DNA from: Bacillales bacterium UBA6356
GTDB lineage: Bacteria > Bacillota_I > Bacilli_A > RFN20 > CAG-826
Reading direction: 5' to 3'
NCBI GenBank assembly: GCA_002440125.1
Contig: DJRQ01000065.1
Span: forward strand, 1,125 to 65,124
Length of the DNA: 64,000 nt
Shown: positions 18,798 through 27,647 of the stretch, one piece after another
Layout of the letters: each line of letters begins with the position of its first letter
Numbering within the stretch: the first letter of the stretch is position 1
Program-made: the position numbers and the translations under genes
Notes under the pieces: model-generated
Database searches by the model: none
Told to the model about the DNA's origin: nothing
What the model saw: only the letters and a program-made list of their open reading frames with translations

Positions 18798-19355
18798 TTA
18801 GGCTCTCTTGTCGTATTTACCAGTCGTGGTATCGACTAAGACCTTTTCGCCTTTTTCGATGAAGAGTGGGATGCGAATCTTCAAACCGGTCTCTAAGACG
18901 GCGTCTTTGCTGCCGCCATTGGTGACGGTATCCCCGCGAACGCCTGGTTCGCAATCGACGACTTCGAGAGCGACTTTGCTCGGAAGCTCAATGCCTAGGA
19001 CTTCTTCGTCATAGCAAGCGATGGTAACTTCCCCATTGGGGGCGAGATATGGGATTTGGCTTTCTAGGCCCACTTTTGGAAGTTCGATTTGCTCGTAGGT
19101 CTTTGGATCCATAAAGACAAGGGTTTCACCCCCGTCATAAAGGTATTGCATAACCTTCTTGGTGATGGAAACGGGTTGGACATCATAACCGCTGTTACGG
19201 CTTAATTCCGTGATTGCCCCAGTGCGGACATTTCTCACTTTCACTTTGGCAACCATTTTTCTCATGGCCGTCTTATTCAAAAGAATATCAATGACCTGAT
19301 AGAGGGTGTTTTCGTCTTCGAAGTAATTTCCGGGACGTAATTCGGTAACGTTCAT
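18798..19355 (-). CDS. efp: Elongation factor P
   Basis: The start is trimmed to MNVTELRPGNYFE (RBS AAGGAGAAG upstream), giving 185 aa. Three-domain EF-P pattern (...VKVRNVRTGA..., ...GDTVTNGGSKDAVLETG...). Confidence 0.92.
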   Translation of the reverse strand: MNVTELRPGNYFEDENTLYQVIDILLNKTAMRKMVAKVKVRNVRTGAITELSRNSGYDVQPVSITKKVMQYLYDGGETLVFMDPKTYEQIELPKVGLESQIPYLAPNGEVTIACYDEEVLGIELPSKVALEVVDCEPGVRGDTVTNGGSKDAVLETGLKIRIPLFIEKGEKVLVDTTTGKYDKRA

Positions 19356-19448
19356 TTTCTTCTCCTTTTCAAGATACGGCGTAATGATAGAACAAAATTC
19401 TTTCTCTTGCCACCGCTTTCGCGGTTTTTGAGGCGTGTTTCCTTTCAT

Positions 19449-20078
19449 TCACCTTAGGAAAGGGTTATAGAGGAATTCCTTTTGAAGCGTTGTGTTTTCG
19501 CCATGGCCTGGATAGACCGTCGTATTGGCGGGAAGGGTCTTTAGTTTCGCTAATGAATCTTCCATTTTCCTTTCCTCGCTTCCTGGCAGATCGCACCTTC
19601 CGACACTTAAATGGAACAAGGTATCCCCGCTAAATAAAGCGGACTCTTTCGGAAAGTAATAGCAAACGCTGCCTTTGGTGTGAAAAGGTGTTTCAAAGAC
19701 TTTAAAAGAGACTTTGCCAAAGGAAATCTCGTCTTGATCCTCGAGCAAAACGAGATTGGAGTCCTCGTATTCGAAATATTCGCCTAAAATTTCGTAAGAA
19801 AGATTGAGTTTCGGCTTGGTTAAATAAGGCGCTTCCAAAGCGGAAAGAAAAATCGGCGCTTTCGAAGCTAAGGAAGCAAGCCCCCAAATATGATCGATAT
19901 GGCCATGGGTGAGCAAGATGCCTTCTAGCTTTCCTTGATGATGTTTCTCAAGATAATTTTGAAGCTTGTTATCCTCATTGCTTCCTGGGTCGATTAGGAG
20001 AGCAGGCTCATTTTCCTCGCCAAGAACGTAGGTGTTCGAAGACCAAGAAGGGGCGAAATGAAGTTTCATGATGCGCAT
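19449..20078 (-). CDS. Metallo-beta-lactamase fold hydrolase (YqgX / glyoxalase II-like)
   Basis: 209 aa with the THGHIDHIWG (HxHxDH) motif and downstream His/Asp ligands (FHTKGS, SGDTLF, PGHG). Confidence 0.8.
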   Translation of the reverse strand: MRIMKLHFAPSWSSNTYVLGEENEPALLIDPGSNEDNKLQNYLEKHHQGKLEGILLTHGHIDHIWGLASLASKAPIFLSALEAPYLTKPKLNLSYEILGEYFEYEDSNLVLLEDQDEISFGKVSFKVFETPFHTKGSVCYYFPKESALFSGDTLFHLSVGRCDLPGSEERKMEDSLAKLKTLPANTTVYPGHGENTTLQKEFLYNPFLR

Positions 20079-20083
20079 AGTAT

Positions 20084-20107
20084 AAAAAAATAAGGCCGAA
20101 GCCTTAT
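20084..20107 (-). terminator. Intrinsic terminator of rpmG (UUCG tetraloop)
   Basis: Minus strand: AUAAGGC-UUCG-GCCUUAU followed by UUUUUUA. The stem overlaps the rpmG stop codon. Confidence 0.75.
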
Positions 20108-20265
20108 TTGCATTCTTTGTGAAGCGTTTCTTTTCTGCAACGCTTGCAATATTTCATGGTTTCCATCTTGTTTGGATGGGTTTTTTTGTTACGCGTTGTA
20201 ATGTAGTTGTGTTCCTTGCATTCAGAGCAGGCAAGGATGACTTGATCACGTTTGCTATTGGCCAT
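20104..20265 (-). CDS. rpmG: 50S ribosomal protein L33
   Basis: This ORF is below the ORF-track size cut-off and was translated by hand: MANSKRDQVILACSECKEHNYITTRNKKTHPNKMETMKYCKRCRKETLHKECK*. It has the CxxC...CxxC zinc-ribbon L33 pattern and is 53 aa. Confidence 0.9.
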   Translation of the reverse strand: MANSKRDQVILACSECKEHNYITTRNKKTHPNKMETMKYCKRCRKETLHKECK

Positions 20266-20414
20266 AAAAATTCACTCTTCTTTCTTTTGCGCTTGCAAGT
20301 CTAGCACACCCCTTCTTATTTAGCTAGAACAAAAACGTAACTTTTTGCTGCTTGGCTCAATTTTATTGTCTTTATCGCCTTTTTTATTCGCCTGACGAAG
20401 TTTAAAATGATCTT

Positions 20415-21473
20415 ATGCCCTTTAAAAGAAATCAAACCAAGCCCGTCTCCATTGGCGGCTTAACCCTTGGCGGAAACGATGAAATCATCGTCCAGTCGAT
20501 GTGCAATATAAAAACCTCTTGCGTAGAAGAGGTCAGCAAGCAAATCAACGAGGCCGCCTCTTTTGGCGCGAAGATCATGCGCCTTTCGGTTCTCGATTTC
20601 CACGATGCCTCTGCCATTAGAGAAATTAAGAAAAAGGTATCCATCCCTTTGGTTGCCGATATCCACATGGATTATCGCTTGGCTTTGGCCTCTTTGGAAA
20701 GCGGCGTCGATGCCATTCGCATTAACCCTGGGAATATCGGGGATGAAAAAAGGATTGAAGAAGTGCTTCGAGAGGCTTTGAAGCGCCACGTTCCCATTCG
20801 CATTGGCGTCAATGGCGGTTCGATCGATAAAGCTTTGCTAAAAGAAAAAGGGAGCCTTTCCCGGAGCGCTTTGCTTTTCGAAAGCGCGAAAAAACATATC
20901 GGCATTCTTAATAAATATGGTTTTGACGATATCGTTCTTTCTCTCAAAGGGAGCGATGCTCTTGAAACCATGGAGGCCTATCGTTTGGCGGCGCAATCCT
21001 TCCCTTATCCATTGCATCTTGGGGTGACGGAGGCTGGTCCAAAAGACGTTTCCTTGATTCGCTCCACCATCGCTTTAGCCCCTCTTTTGATGGAGGGGAT
21101 TGGAAATACCATCCGCATCTCTTTGACCGAAGATCCTATCGAGGAAGTGAAGGCTGCCAATCGCCTCCTTCTTGATTTGGGCCTTAAGAAAGATTGGCCC
21201 CGATTCATCTCTTGCCCAACTTGCGGTCGGACGGAAGTCCGCTTGCTTCCTTTGGCGAAAAAAGTTCTTCAATACCTCGAAGAACATAGAATCAATAAAA
21301 CAGTGGCCATCATGGGTTGTGCCGTCAATGGGCCTGGCGAAGCTAAGCAAGCGGATATAGGCTTAGCGGGAGCGAAAGACTGTTTCGTTCTTTTCAAAAA
21401 AGGCAAAGCCATCAAGACTTTGCCTCAGGATATCGCCTTCGAAACGCTTATTGAGGAGCTCAAGAACCTTTAA
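20415..21473 (+). CDS. ispG: 4-hydroxy-3-methylbut-2-enyl diphosphate synthase (MEP pathway)
   Basis: 352 aa. Motifs seen: VQSMCN, DAIRINPGNIG, and the Fe-S ligand regions ISCPTCGRT and MGCAVNGPGE. Confidence 0.93.
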   Translation: MPFKRNQTKPVSIGGLTLGGNDEIIVQSMCNIKTSCVEEVSKQINEAASFGAKIMRLSVLDFHDASAIREIKKKVSIPLVADIHMDYRLALASLESGVDAIRINPGNIGDEKRIEEVLREALKRHVPIRIGVNGGSIDKALLKEKGSLSRSALLFESAKKHIGILNKYGFDDIVLSLKGSDALETMEAYRLAAQSFPYPLHLGVTEAGPKDVSLIRSTIALAPLLMEGIGNTIRISLTEDPIEEVKAANRLLLDLGLKKDWPRFISCPTCGRTEVRLLPLAKKVLQYLEEHRINKTVAIMGCAVNGPGEAKQADIGLAGAKDCFVLFKKGKAIKTLPQDIAFETLIEELKNL

Positions 21474-22822
21474 TAATCTTCTCTTGCTTTTTTGGCAAGG
21501 GATTCGCGGATGGCTTTGCGGATAGCTTTTTTCCGGTATTTCTTTTTCACTTTTTCGATAGCGAACTGCTGCTTCTTCTTATACATCGGTTCGATATGCT
21601 TTGGACGCGATAAGGCTTTCGCTATCTTGATTTCTTTGATTTCCTCTTCCGGCAACTCCTTTTTCTTTTTGAGCTTCGTTTTGGGCAAAAGGCCGACCGG
21701 ATCCTTTTTGAAGCCGTCCTTCGAAAGAGTCGAAAAATCGAATTGCACACCTTCTTCTAGGAGTTTTAAGGGAAGAGAGGTCGAATCGTTGTTGTAGAAA
21801 ACCCAAGAATCGCCCTTTTTCCCAAATCGGCCACATCGTCCAGCTCGATGGTAATAGAACTCGAGGTCGTTCGGAAGATCGACGGAGACGACGTCTGTCA
21901 CATCCGGGATGTCTATGCCCCGCGAAAGGAGGTCGCTTGCGACGATAACGGCATATTTGTTTTCGCGGATGGCCCTTAAGGCTTTTTTGCGGCTTCTATC
22001 TTCCAAAGAACCGCTGTAATAAAGGGCATCGACGCCATTCTCTTTGAGCGTTTTATAAATTTGGTTGACCTTTTCCACTTTCGAGGCGAAGACGATAGAA
22101 AGATAGGGTTTGCGAATCTCTAAGAAGCGTAGCACCGCCGCCGCTTCCCCGATGTGCTTGATATCGACCAAGTGATGGGCAACGTTTTTGGAAGTCTCGA
22201 CGTTTTCGGATTCGAATTCGAAATCGCTTGGAACGAATTTTTCAAGCTCATCCTTGAGATTGGGCTTAAGGGTAGCGCTAAAGACCATCGTTTGGGGGCT
22301 TTTTAAGGCGCTGGCGATGTTTTCGATATCCTCGAAGAAACCGAGTTCCAAAAGCATATCGGCTTCGTCCAAAACGAAGAAGCGGACGTTACGCACGCTA
22401 TAGAGTTGGCGGTTTAACAAGACATCCCTTAAACGGCCAGGGGTTCCGATGATGATCTGGGGAGGCATTTTAGCCCCTTGCGCATTGTCAGTGACCTCGC
22501 TTTCGCTTGAAAACAGGCGGATGCGGAGCTTTGGGAGATATTTCTCGAAAGCTCTTGCGAATTCGTATATTTGTCTTGCCAATTCTCGCGTTGGGGCAAT
22601 GATAAGAGCCTGAGGACGAGGGAGATTGCGGTCGATTTTTTCCAAAATCGGAATGAGATAGGCATGCGTTTTGCCACTCCCCGTTTCGCTTTGGGCAAGG
22701 AGGGACTTGCCCCGCAAAGCCTTTGGAATGACCGCCGATTGGACGGGGGACGGCTCCTTGTAGCCGAGTTTTTCAAGGGCGCGTACCAGCTCGTCGCTTA
22801 AATCAAATCTTTTGAAACTCAT
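21470..22822 (-). CDS. cshB: DEAD-box ATP-dependent RNA helicase (CshB/YqfR-like) with a basic C-terminal tail
   Basis: 450 aa. It has a Q-motif region plus AQSETGSGKT, DEAD, SAT and HRAGRCGR. The position between ispG and ispH matches the Bacillus yqf region. The symbol is assigned from synteny only. Confidence 0.85.
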   Translation of the reverse strand: MSFKRFDLSDELVRALEKLGYKEPSPVQSAVIPKALRGKSLLAQSETGSGKTHAYLIPILEKIDRNLPRPQALIIAPTRELARQIYEFARAFEKYLPKLRIRLFSSESEVTDNAQGAKMPPQIIIGTPGRLRDVLLNRQLYSVRNVRFFVLDEADMLLELGFFEDIENIASALKSPQTMVFSATLKPNLKDELEKFVPSDFEFESENVETSKNVAHHLVDIKHIGEAAAVLRFLEIRKPYLSIVFASKVEKVNQIYKTLKENGVDALYYSGSLEDRSRKKALRAIRENKYAVIVASDLLSRGIDIPDVTDVVSVDLPNDLEFYYHRAGRCGRFGKKGDSWVFYNNDSTSLPLKLLEEGVQFDFSTLSKDGFKKDPVGLLPKTKLKKKKELPEEEIKEIKIAKALSRPKHIEPMYKKKQQFAIEKVKKKYRKKAIRKAIRESLAKKAREDY

Positions 22823-22857
22823 GGGACCTCCGGAATTTTCTCACATCTTCTTTTCAA

Positions 22858-23739
22858 ATGGCCCATAATGGAAGTATGAAGGTCACGCTCCTAGAACCAT
22901 ATGGCTTTTGTGGAGGCGTTCTTCGCGCCCTTTCTCTTATCAAGAGGGCAAAAAAAGAACACCCATCCGAAACAATATATCTCATTGGGTCTCTTGTTCA
23001 TAACGAAAAAGTGCTTGAGAGTTTAAAAAAAGATGGTTTCGCGCTCATTGATGGCTCTTGCGACACGATTGAAGAAAGACTCCGGACGCTCCCCAAAGGC
23101 AGCGCTATTTGCTTTAGCGCCCATGGGCACCCAAGCTCGTATGATGAGATCGCCAAAAGCCGCCAACTGATCGCTTACGATGCAACGTGTCCTTTCGTTT
23201 ATCAAAACGAGAGAAAAATCAAAGAATCCCTTCGCGCGGGCGAAATGGTCTTTTTCATCGGAAAGAAAGGCCATGCCGAAGCAGAAGCCGTTTTATCGAT
23301 CGACCCAAAGAATGTTCGCCTCATTTCCCCAAAGGAAGATATCCCTTGTTTCGAAGGGAAAAAAGTCCATGTCTATTCGCAAACCACGATGACTCTTTTT
23401 GAGGTAGAGGGAATCGCGAAAGCGATTGGGAAACTTTACCCCGACGCCATCTTTGAGAAAACGCGTTGCCTTGATGCGACAAGACGGCAAGCGGCCATAA
23501 AAAAAGGGAAAGACTATGGGGCTATCCTCATTCTTGGCTCGAAAACGAGCAACAACAGCTTAAAGCTCTTGGAGGTTGCCAAAACGGTTTATCCGAACCT
23601 TCCATCGTATTTATGCTTGGATTTAAAAGAAGCAAAGGAACTTCCGCTTAAAGGGCTTCGGGACGTCCTTCTAACGAGTGGCGCGTCGAGTTCCAAAGAG
23701 GAAGTGCTCGACGTTAAAACCTATTTGGAGTCTCTTTGA
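22858..23739 (+). CDS. ispH: 4-hydroxy-3-methylbut-2-enyl diphosphate reductase (MEP pathway)
   Basis: 293 aa. Motifs seen: YGFCGGV, VHNE, SAHG, SQTT. An alternative start exists at 22876 (MKVTLL). Neither start has a good SD. Confidence 0.9.
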   Translation: MAHNGSMKVTLLEPYGFCGGVLRALSLIKRAKKEHPSETIYLIGSLVHNEKVLESLKKDGFALIDGSCDTIEERLRTLPKGSAICFSAHGHPSSYDEIAKSRQLIAYDATCPFVYQNERKIKESLRAGEMVFFIGKKGHAEAEAVLSIDPKNVRLISPKEDIPCFEGKKVHVYSQTTMTLFEVEGIAKAIGKLYPDAIFEKTRCLDATRRQAAIKKGKDYGAILILGSKTSNNSLKLLEVAKTVYPNLPSYLCLDLKEAKELPLKGLRDVLLTSGASSSKEEVLDVKTYLESL

Positions 23740-24500
23740 CAAAGAGACCATGGCTTTTCGTGCTTTATTCCTTTAATAGTTAATGAATGGTCGATAGTTA
23801 GTAAAGTATTAGTCATTCTATCAATGAATATAGATTCGATTTCATGCGGTAAATCAAGATAATTGTAATGAGAGAGTATAATTTCTCGCCTTATATGGTG
23901 AGGACAATCGCCAGAAAGGAAGATATCGTAGCCTTCTTCGATTGCGGCTTTATAGCTTCTAGAACCTCCGCCCCCGATAATAGCGACGCTTCGGATGTTC
24001 TTTTTCCCTTCGCCAATGAGTCCGCCATAAGAGGCGTTTAGTTTTTCCAAAGCATAAGATACGAATTCTTCTATGGGCATGCTCTTTTTTAGCGTCCCCC
24101 CTCTCGCCATATCGTCTCCTTCCAAAGGCTTTATGTTTTCGAGCTCTAAGGCTTCCGCTAAGGCGTCGTTCATGCCAAAGGTGGCCCGGTCGAAATTGGT
24201 GTGGTAGCTGGCCAAGGGAATTCTTTCTTTCAATAAAAAGTCGTAGCACCTTTTCTTTTGCCCATCTGTTTCCAGTATTCTAGACGCTTTGCCAAAGAAA
24301 AACGGATGATGCGTTATGATGAGGTCTGGATGGAAACTCGATACTTCTCCAAGAAGGCTTTCATCGAAATCAAGGGCTAGGAAAATCCTTGTCGTCTCCT
24401 CTTTGTATCGTCCTATTTCCAAACCGCCAAAATCGTATTTTTCTCTTAGCCGTTTGGGATAAAAAGTGGCGAGTTTACGAATAAGACTTCTCGTTTTCAT
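23721..24500 (-). CDS. NIF3-family metal-binding protein (YqfO / GTP cyclohydrolase 1 type 2 homolog)
   Basis: 259 aa. Motifs seen: DLIITHHPFFF, SYHTNFD, GGGGS. Synteny: downstream of trmK. Confidence 0.85.
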   Translation of the reverse strand: MKTRSLIRKLATFYPKRLREKYDFGGLEIGRYKEETTRIFLALDFDESLLGEVSSFHPDLIITHHPFFFGKASRILETDGQKKRCYDFLLKERIPLASYHTNFDRATFGMNDALAEALELENIKPLEGDDMARGGTLKKSMPIEEFVSYALEKLNASYGGLIGEGKKNIRSVAIIGGGGSRSYKAAIEEGYDIFLSGDCPHHIRREIILSHYNYLDLPHEIESIFIDRMTNTLLTIDHSLTIKGIKHEKPWSLCQRDSK

Positions 24501-25161
24501 AAAGGATCCCCTTTAATGTCTCGATTTCTTTTTCGAGAACCGCTTTCTTTTGATTTTCTTCTTTTAGCAAAGAAAAGATTCTTTCTTTTTCTTGGAGGCT
24601 TTTTCTTAAGGAACAAAGCCATTCTTTCGGCCTCCTCTTTAGATTGAGTGGCCCGAATTCTTTTTCAAGCTCGGTATAAGGTCTTAGAGGTTTCCCTTTG
24701 TTCCATTTCATGATGTCATAAGAGATATTCCCTTCCGCCAAAAAAACATTGTCGGCGATATGGAAACCGTTTTTTTCCAAAAAGTCATTCACTAAAGCGC
24801 GGTCATTGTGGGCGTCGATGAGTATTGTTTTGATGTTTTGGAGTTTGTCTTTATTTTTCGAAAGGATCTCGACGATGAGAGGCCCTCCCAAACCTGCCAA
24901 GATGAGCGTATCGACTTCTTTTGGAAGTTCGTCCAAACCGCTCGAGAGGGAAGATTGAATGGGATAAGAAGATTCATCGATGGCTTTCTTCATTCGCGTG
25001 TAAGGACCTTTTTTGTTTTCGACGGCAAAGGCGCCGCGGATCCTTCCTTCTTTGAAAAGAGCGATAGGAAGCGCGCAATGATCGCTTCCGATATCGCCGA
25101 TAATAGCATCTTGCTCCACAAAAGCGGCGATTGCCGAAAGCCTTTTTGAAAGAGTTTTCAT
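24475..25161 (-). CDS. trmK: tRNA (adenine22-N1)-methyltransferase TrmK
   Basis: 228 aa. Motifs seen: LSKRLSAIA....IGDIGSDHCALPIAL, ILAGLGG. Synteny: after sigA, as for yqfN. Confidence 0.85.
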   Translation of the reverse strand: MKTLSKRLSAIAAFVEQDAIIGDIGSDHCALPIALFKEGRIRGAFAVENKKGPYTRMKKAIDESSYPIQSSLSSGLDELPKEVDTLILAGLGGPLIVEILSKNKDKLQNIKTILIDAHNDRALVNDFLEKNGFHIADNVFLAEGNISYDIMKWNKGKPLRPYTELEKEFGPLNLKRRPKEWLCSLRKSLQEKERIFSLLKEENQKKAVLEKEIETLKGILYENEKSYS

Positions 25162-26240
25162 TTTTCGATTTTCTTTCTCATTTTAAGAAGAGCGTGCTCC
25201 CTCAATTGACGGACTCTTTCTCGTGTTATCCCATAGCTTTTTCCGATGGACTCGAGGCTTTCAGGCTCTTTTCCCGCCAAGCCGAAGCTCCTTACGATGA
25301 TATCCTTCTCGCGGTCATTAAGAACGAATAACGCTTCGTCCAACGCTTTTTCATTTTCTTCTTCGTTCAAAGAGTTTGGCGTCTCTTCTTCGGATGGATC
25401 TTTGATGATGGAACTGAATTCGTCGCCATCTTCGCCAATGGGGGCGTCAATGGATAAAGTATTAAACGGAAGGGAAGAACATTCTTCGATTTCCTTTCGC
25501 GATAGTTTCGTGATGTTGGAAAGCTCTTCTTCGGTTGGCGCGCGTCCCTTTTCCGAAATAAAAGAGTCTTGCTCTTTTTGAATGGTCCGATAGTTGTTCA
25601 AAAGCCTTGTTGGGATGCGGATAGGCCTTCCTTCGACCGTTAAAGCGTGTAGTACTGCTTGTTTAATCCACCAATGGGCGTAAGTCGAAAATTGGAAGCC
25701 TTTTTCGGGATCGAACTTTTCCACCGCTCTTTCTAATCCTAGATTCCCTTCCTGAATGATATCGATAAGAGGGAGACTATGAACATTTTGGTATTTTTTG
25801 GCCACATAGACGACAAGACGAAGATTGCCAAGAATGATCTTGTTTTTCGCTTCTAACGCTTCTTGAATGTTTTTTTCGATGGCGCTGACGTCTTTTTTTG
25901 CTTTCTTGGCTTCTTCAAGCTCTTTTTCTAAGCGTGGAAGGGCTCGGTACGTTTTAAAAAGAGAAAGGGTCTCTTCCTCTCTTAAGCGCGGATATTTCCC
26001 CATTTCGTTGTAATAAAGGTTCAAAGGGTCGTTAATCGGGGCGTTAAGGCGTTCAAGTTTCTCTTCCTTTTGACTCACCCCTTTCTTTTTGAGGGTCAAA
26101 AGGACGTTATTGAACTCTTCTTCCGAGAGATTATATTGGTCGAGCATCTCGAAAAGCTCTTCTTCGGTGAGGCCGCCTTTTTCTTTGCTTTTTGAAAGAA
26201 TAGACTCCACTATCGTTTTAAGGGCGTTTGCTTTTTCCAT
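25158..26240 (-). CDS. Second full-length sigma-70 family factor (group-2-like paralog of RpoD)
   Basis: 360 aa with all regions present. Region 1.2: INDPLNLYYNEMG. Region 2: NLRLVVYVAKKY...IQEGNLGLERAVEKFDPEKGFQFSTYAHWWIKQAV. Region 3 is present. Region 4.2: SLESIGKSYGITRERVRQLREHALLKMR. It starts 2 nt after the rpoD stop. Confidence 0.85.
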   Translation of the reverse strand: MEKANALKTIVESILSKSKEKGGLTEEELFEMLDQYNLSEEEFNNVLLTLKKKGVSQKEEKLERLNAPINDPLNLYYNEMGKYPRLREEETLSLFKTYRALPRLEKELEEAKKAKKDVSAIEKNIQEALEAKNKIILGNLRLVVYVAKKYQNVHSLPLIDIIQEGNLGLERAVEKFDPEKGFQFSTYAHWWIKQAVLHALTVEGRPIRIPTRLLNNYRTIQKEQDSFISEKGRAPTEEELSNITKLSRKEIEECSSLPFNTLSIDAPIGEDGDEFSSIIKDPSEEETPNSLNEEENEKALDEALFVLNDREKDIIVRSFGLAGKEPESLESIGKSYGITRERVRQLREHALLKMRKKIEK

Positions 26241-26242
26241 CG

Positions 26243-27625
26243 TTATTTATCTTTGGCGTGCGTTTCTGGACCATTGAAATACATATTATCGCGATAGTCG
26301 CCGAGTTTTTTGGCTCTTGTCGGATGACGCAACTTCCGAATGGCTTTGGCTTCGATTTGACGGATTCGTTCGCGGGTAACGCCGAATTCGCGGCCCACTT
26401 CTTCAAGGGTCCTTGGCCTATTGTCATCGAGCCCATAACGGAGGCGAAGGACTCTTTCTTCGCGGTCTGTTAAATCGCGCATGATATCGTAGAGTTCATC
26501 TTTAAGAAGAGATTTCGTCGTGAATTCTTCTGGGGATTGCGCCTCTTTATCTTCGATGAAATCGCCTAAATGAGAATCGTCTTCTTCGCCGATTGGGGTT
26601 TCTAAGGAAACAGGTTCCAAGGCAATCCGCTGAATTTCGCGAATTCTCTCCGGCGATAAGGTGCCTTCCATGCGTTCGCTAATCTCCTCGGCCGTTGGGT
26701 CGCGCCCTAGTTCTTGGACGAGCTGTCTTTGAACGCGGGTCATTTTATTGATGGTTTCAACCATATGGACTGGGATGCGGATGGTTCTCGCCTGGTCGGC
26801 AATGGCGCGAGTAATGGCTTGACGAATCCACCATGTCGCATAGGTAGAAAACTTAAAACCCTTCGTATAATCGAATTTTTCGACTGCTTTTATAAGGCCC
26901 ATGTTCCCTTCTTGGATAAGATCTAAGAAGTGCATGCCTCTTCCGACGTAGTGCTTTGCAATGGCTATTACCAAACGCAAGTTGGCGGTAATGAGTTGGT
27001 CTTTAGCGGCACCGCCATCGGCGATGAGATATTTTGCTTCTCGAATGGCGCCTTCATCCCCTTTTTCTTGGATGCTTGGCAAATCTTCTTTCGCTTTTTC
27101 GCCAGCCGCAATCCTTTTGGCGAGTTCAGTCTCTTCTTTAGCGGTCAAAAGATTGACTTTTCCGATTTCTTTGAGGTACATCTTGACGGAGTCATTGACT
27201 TTGACTTCGCCCGATTGAACTTTGGAGAATTCGTCAATGTCTGCGATTTCCTCTTTCTCGCTTTCGTCGACGTCGTCATCCAGTTCGTCGTCTTCCTCGC
27301 CTTTCAATAAGTCGGCTTCCGTCGGACCGTTTTCGAGGGTTGCCTCTTCGTCTTCGTTGATGACGTTGACTTTGTTCTCGTGGAAGAAATCGATGACTCC
27401 GCTTAAATCGTCATCGCTCAAATCGTACTTTTGGAAGGCGTTATCGATTTCGTCCTGAGTAATGGAGTTGCCGTTCGCTTTCGCTTTTTTAAGGAGGTCT
27501 TTCTCGATCTTTTCAAGCGTTTTTAGACGTCCTTGGTTTTCTTCGTCTTCGTCGACGCTGATATCTAAATCAATTTCCTCTTCACGTTCTTCTTCGATTT
27601 TCTTTTTGGTTTTCTTTGTAGGCAT
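26243..27625 (-). CDS. rpoD: RNA polymerase primary sigma factor
   Basis: 460 aa with an acidic region 1.1. Motifs seen: [74 protein letters not shown] and [30 protein letters not shown]. Confidence 0.93.
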   Translation of the reverse strand: MPTKKTKKKIEEEREEEIDLDISVDEDEENQGRLKTLEKIEKDLLKKAKANGNSITQDEIDNAFQKYDLSDDDLSGVIDFFHENKVNVINEDEEATLENGPTEADLLKGEEDDELDDDVDESEKEEIADIDEFSKVQSGEVKVNDSVKMYLKEIGKVNLLTAKEETELAKRIAAGEKAKEDLPSIQEKGDEGAIREAKYLIADGGAAKDQLITANLRLVIAIAKHYVGRGMHFLDLIQEGNMGLIKAVEKFDYTKGFKFSTYATWWIRQAITRAIADQARTIRIPVHMVETINKMTRVQRQLVQELGRDPTAEEISERMEGTLSPERIREIQRIALEPVSLETPIGEEDDSHLGDFIEDKEAQSPEEFTTKSLLKDELYDIMRDLTDREERVLRLRYGLDDNRPRTLEEVGREFGVTRERIRQIEAKAIRKLRHPTRAKKLGDYRDNMYFNGPETHAKDK

Positions 27626-27647
27626 GGGGCTCTTTTTCCTTTCTTTT

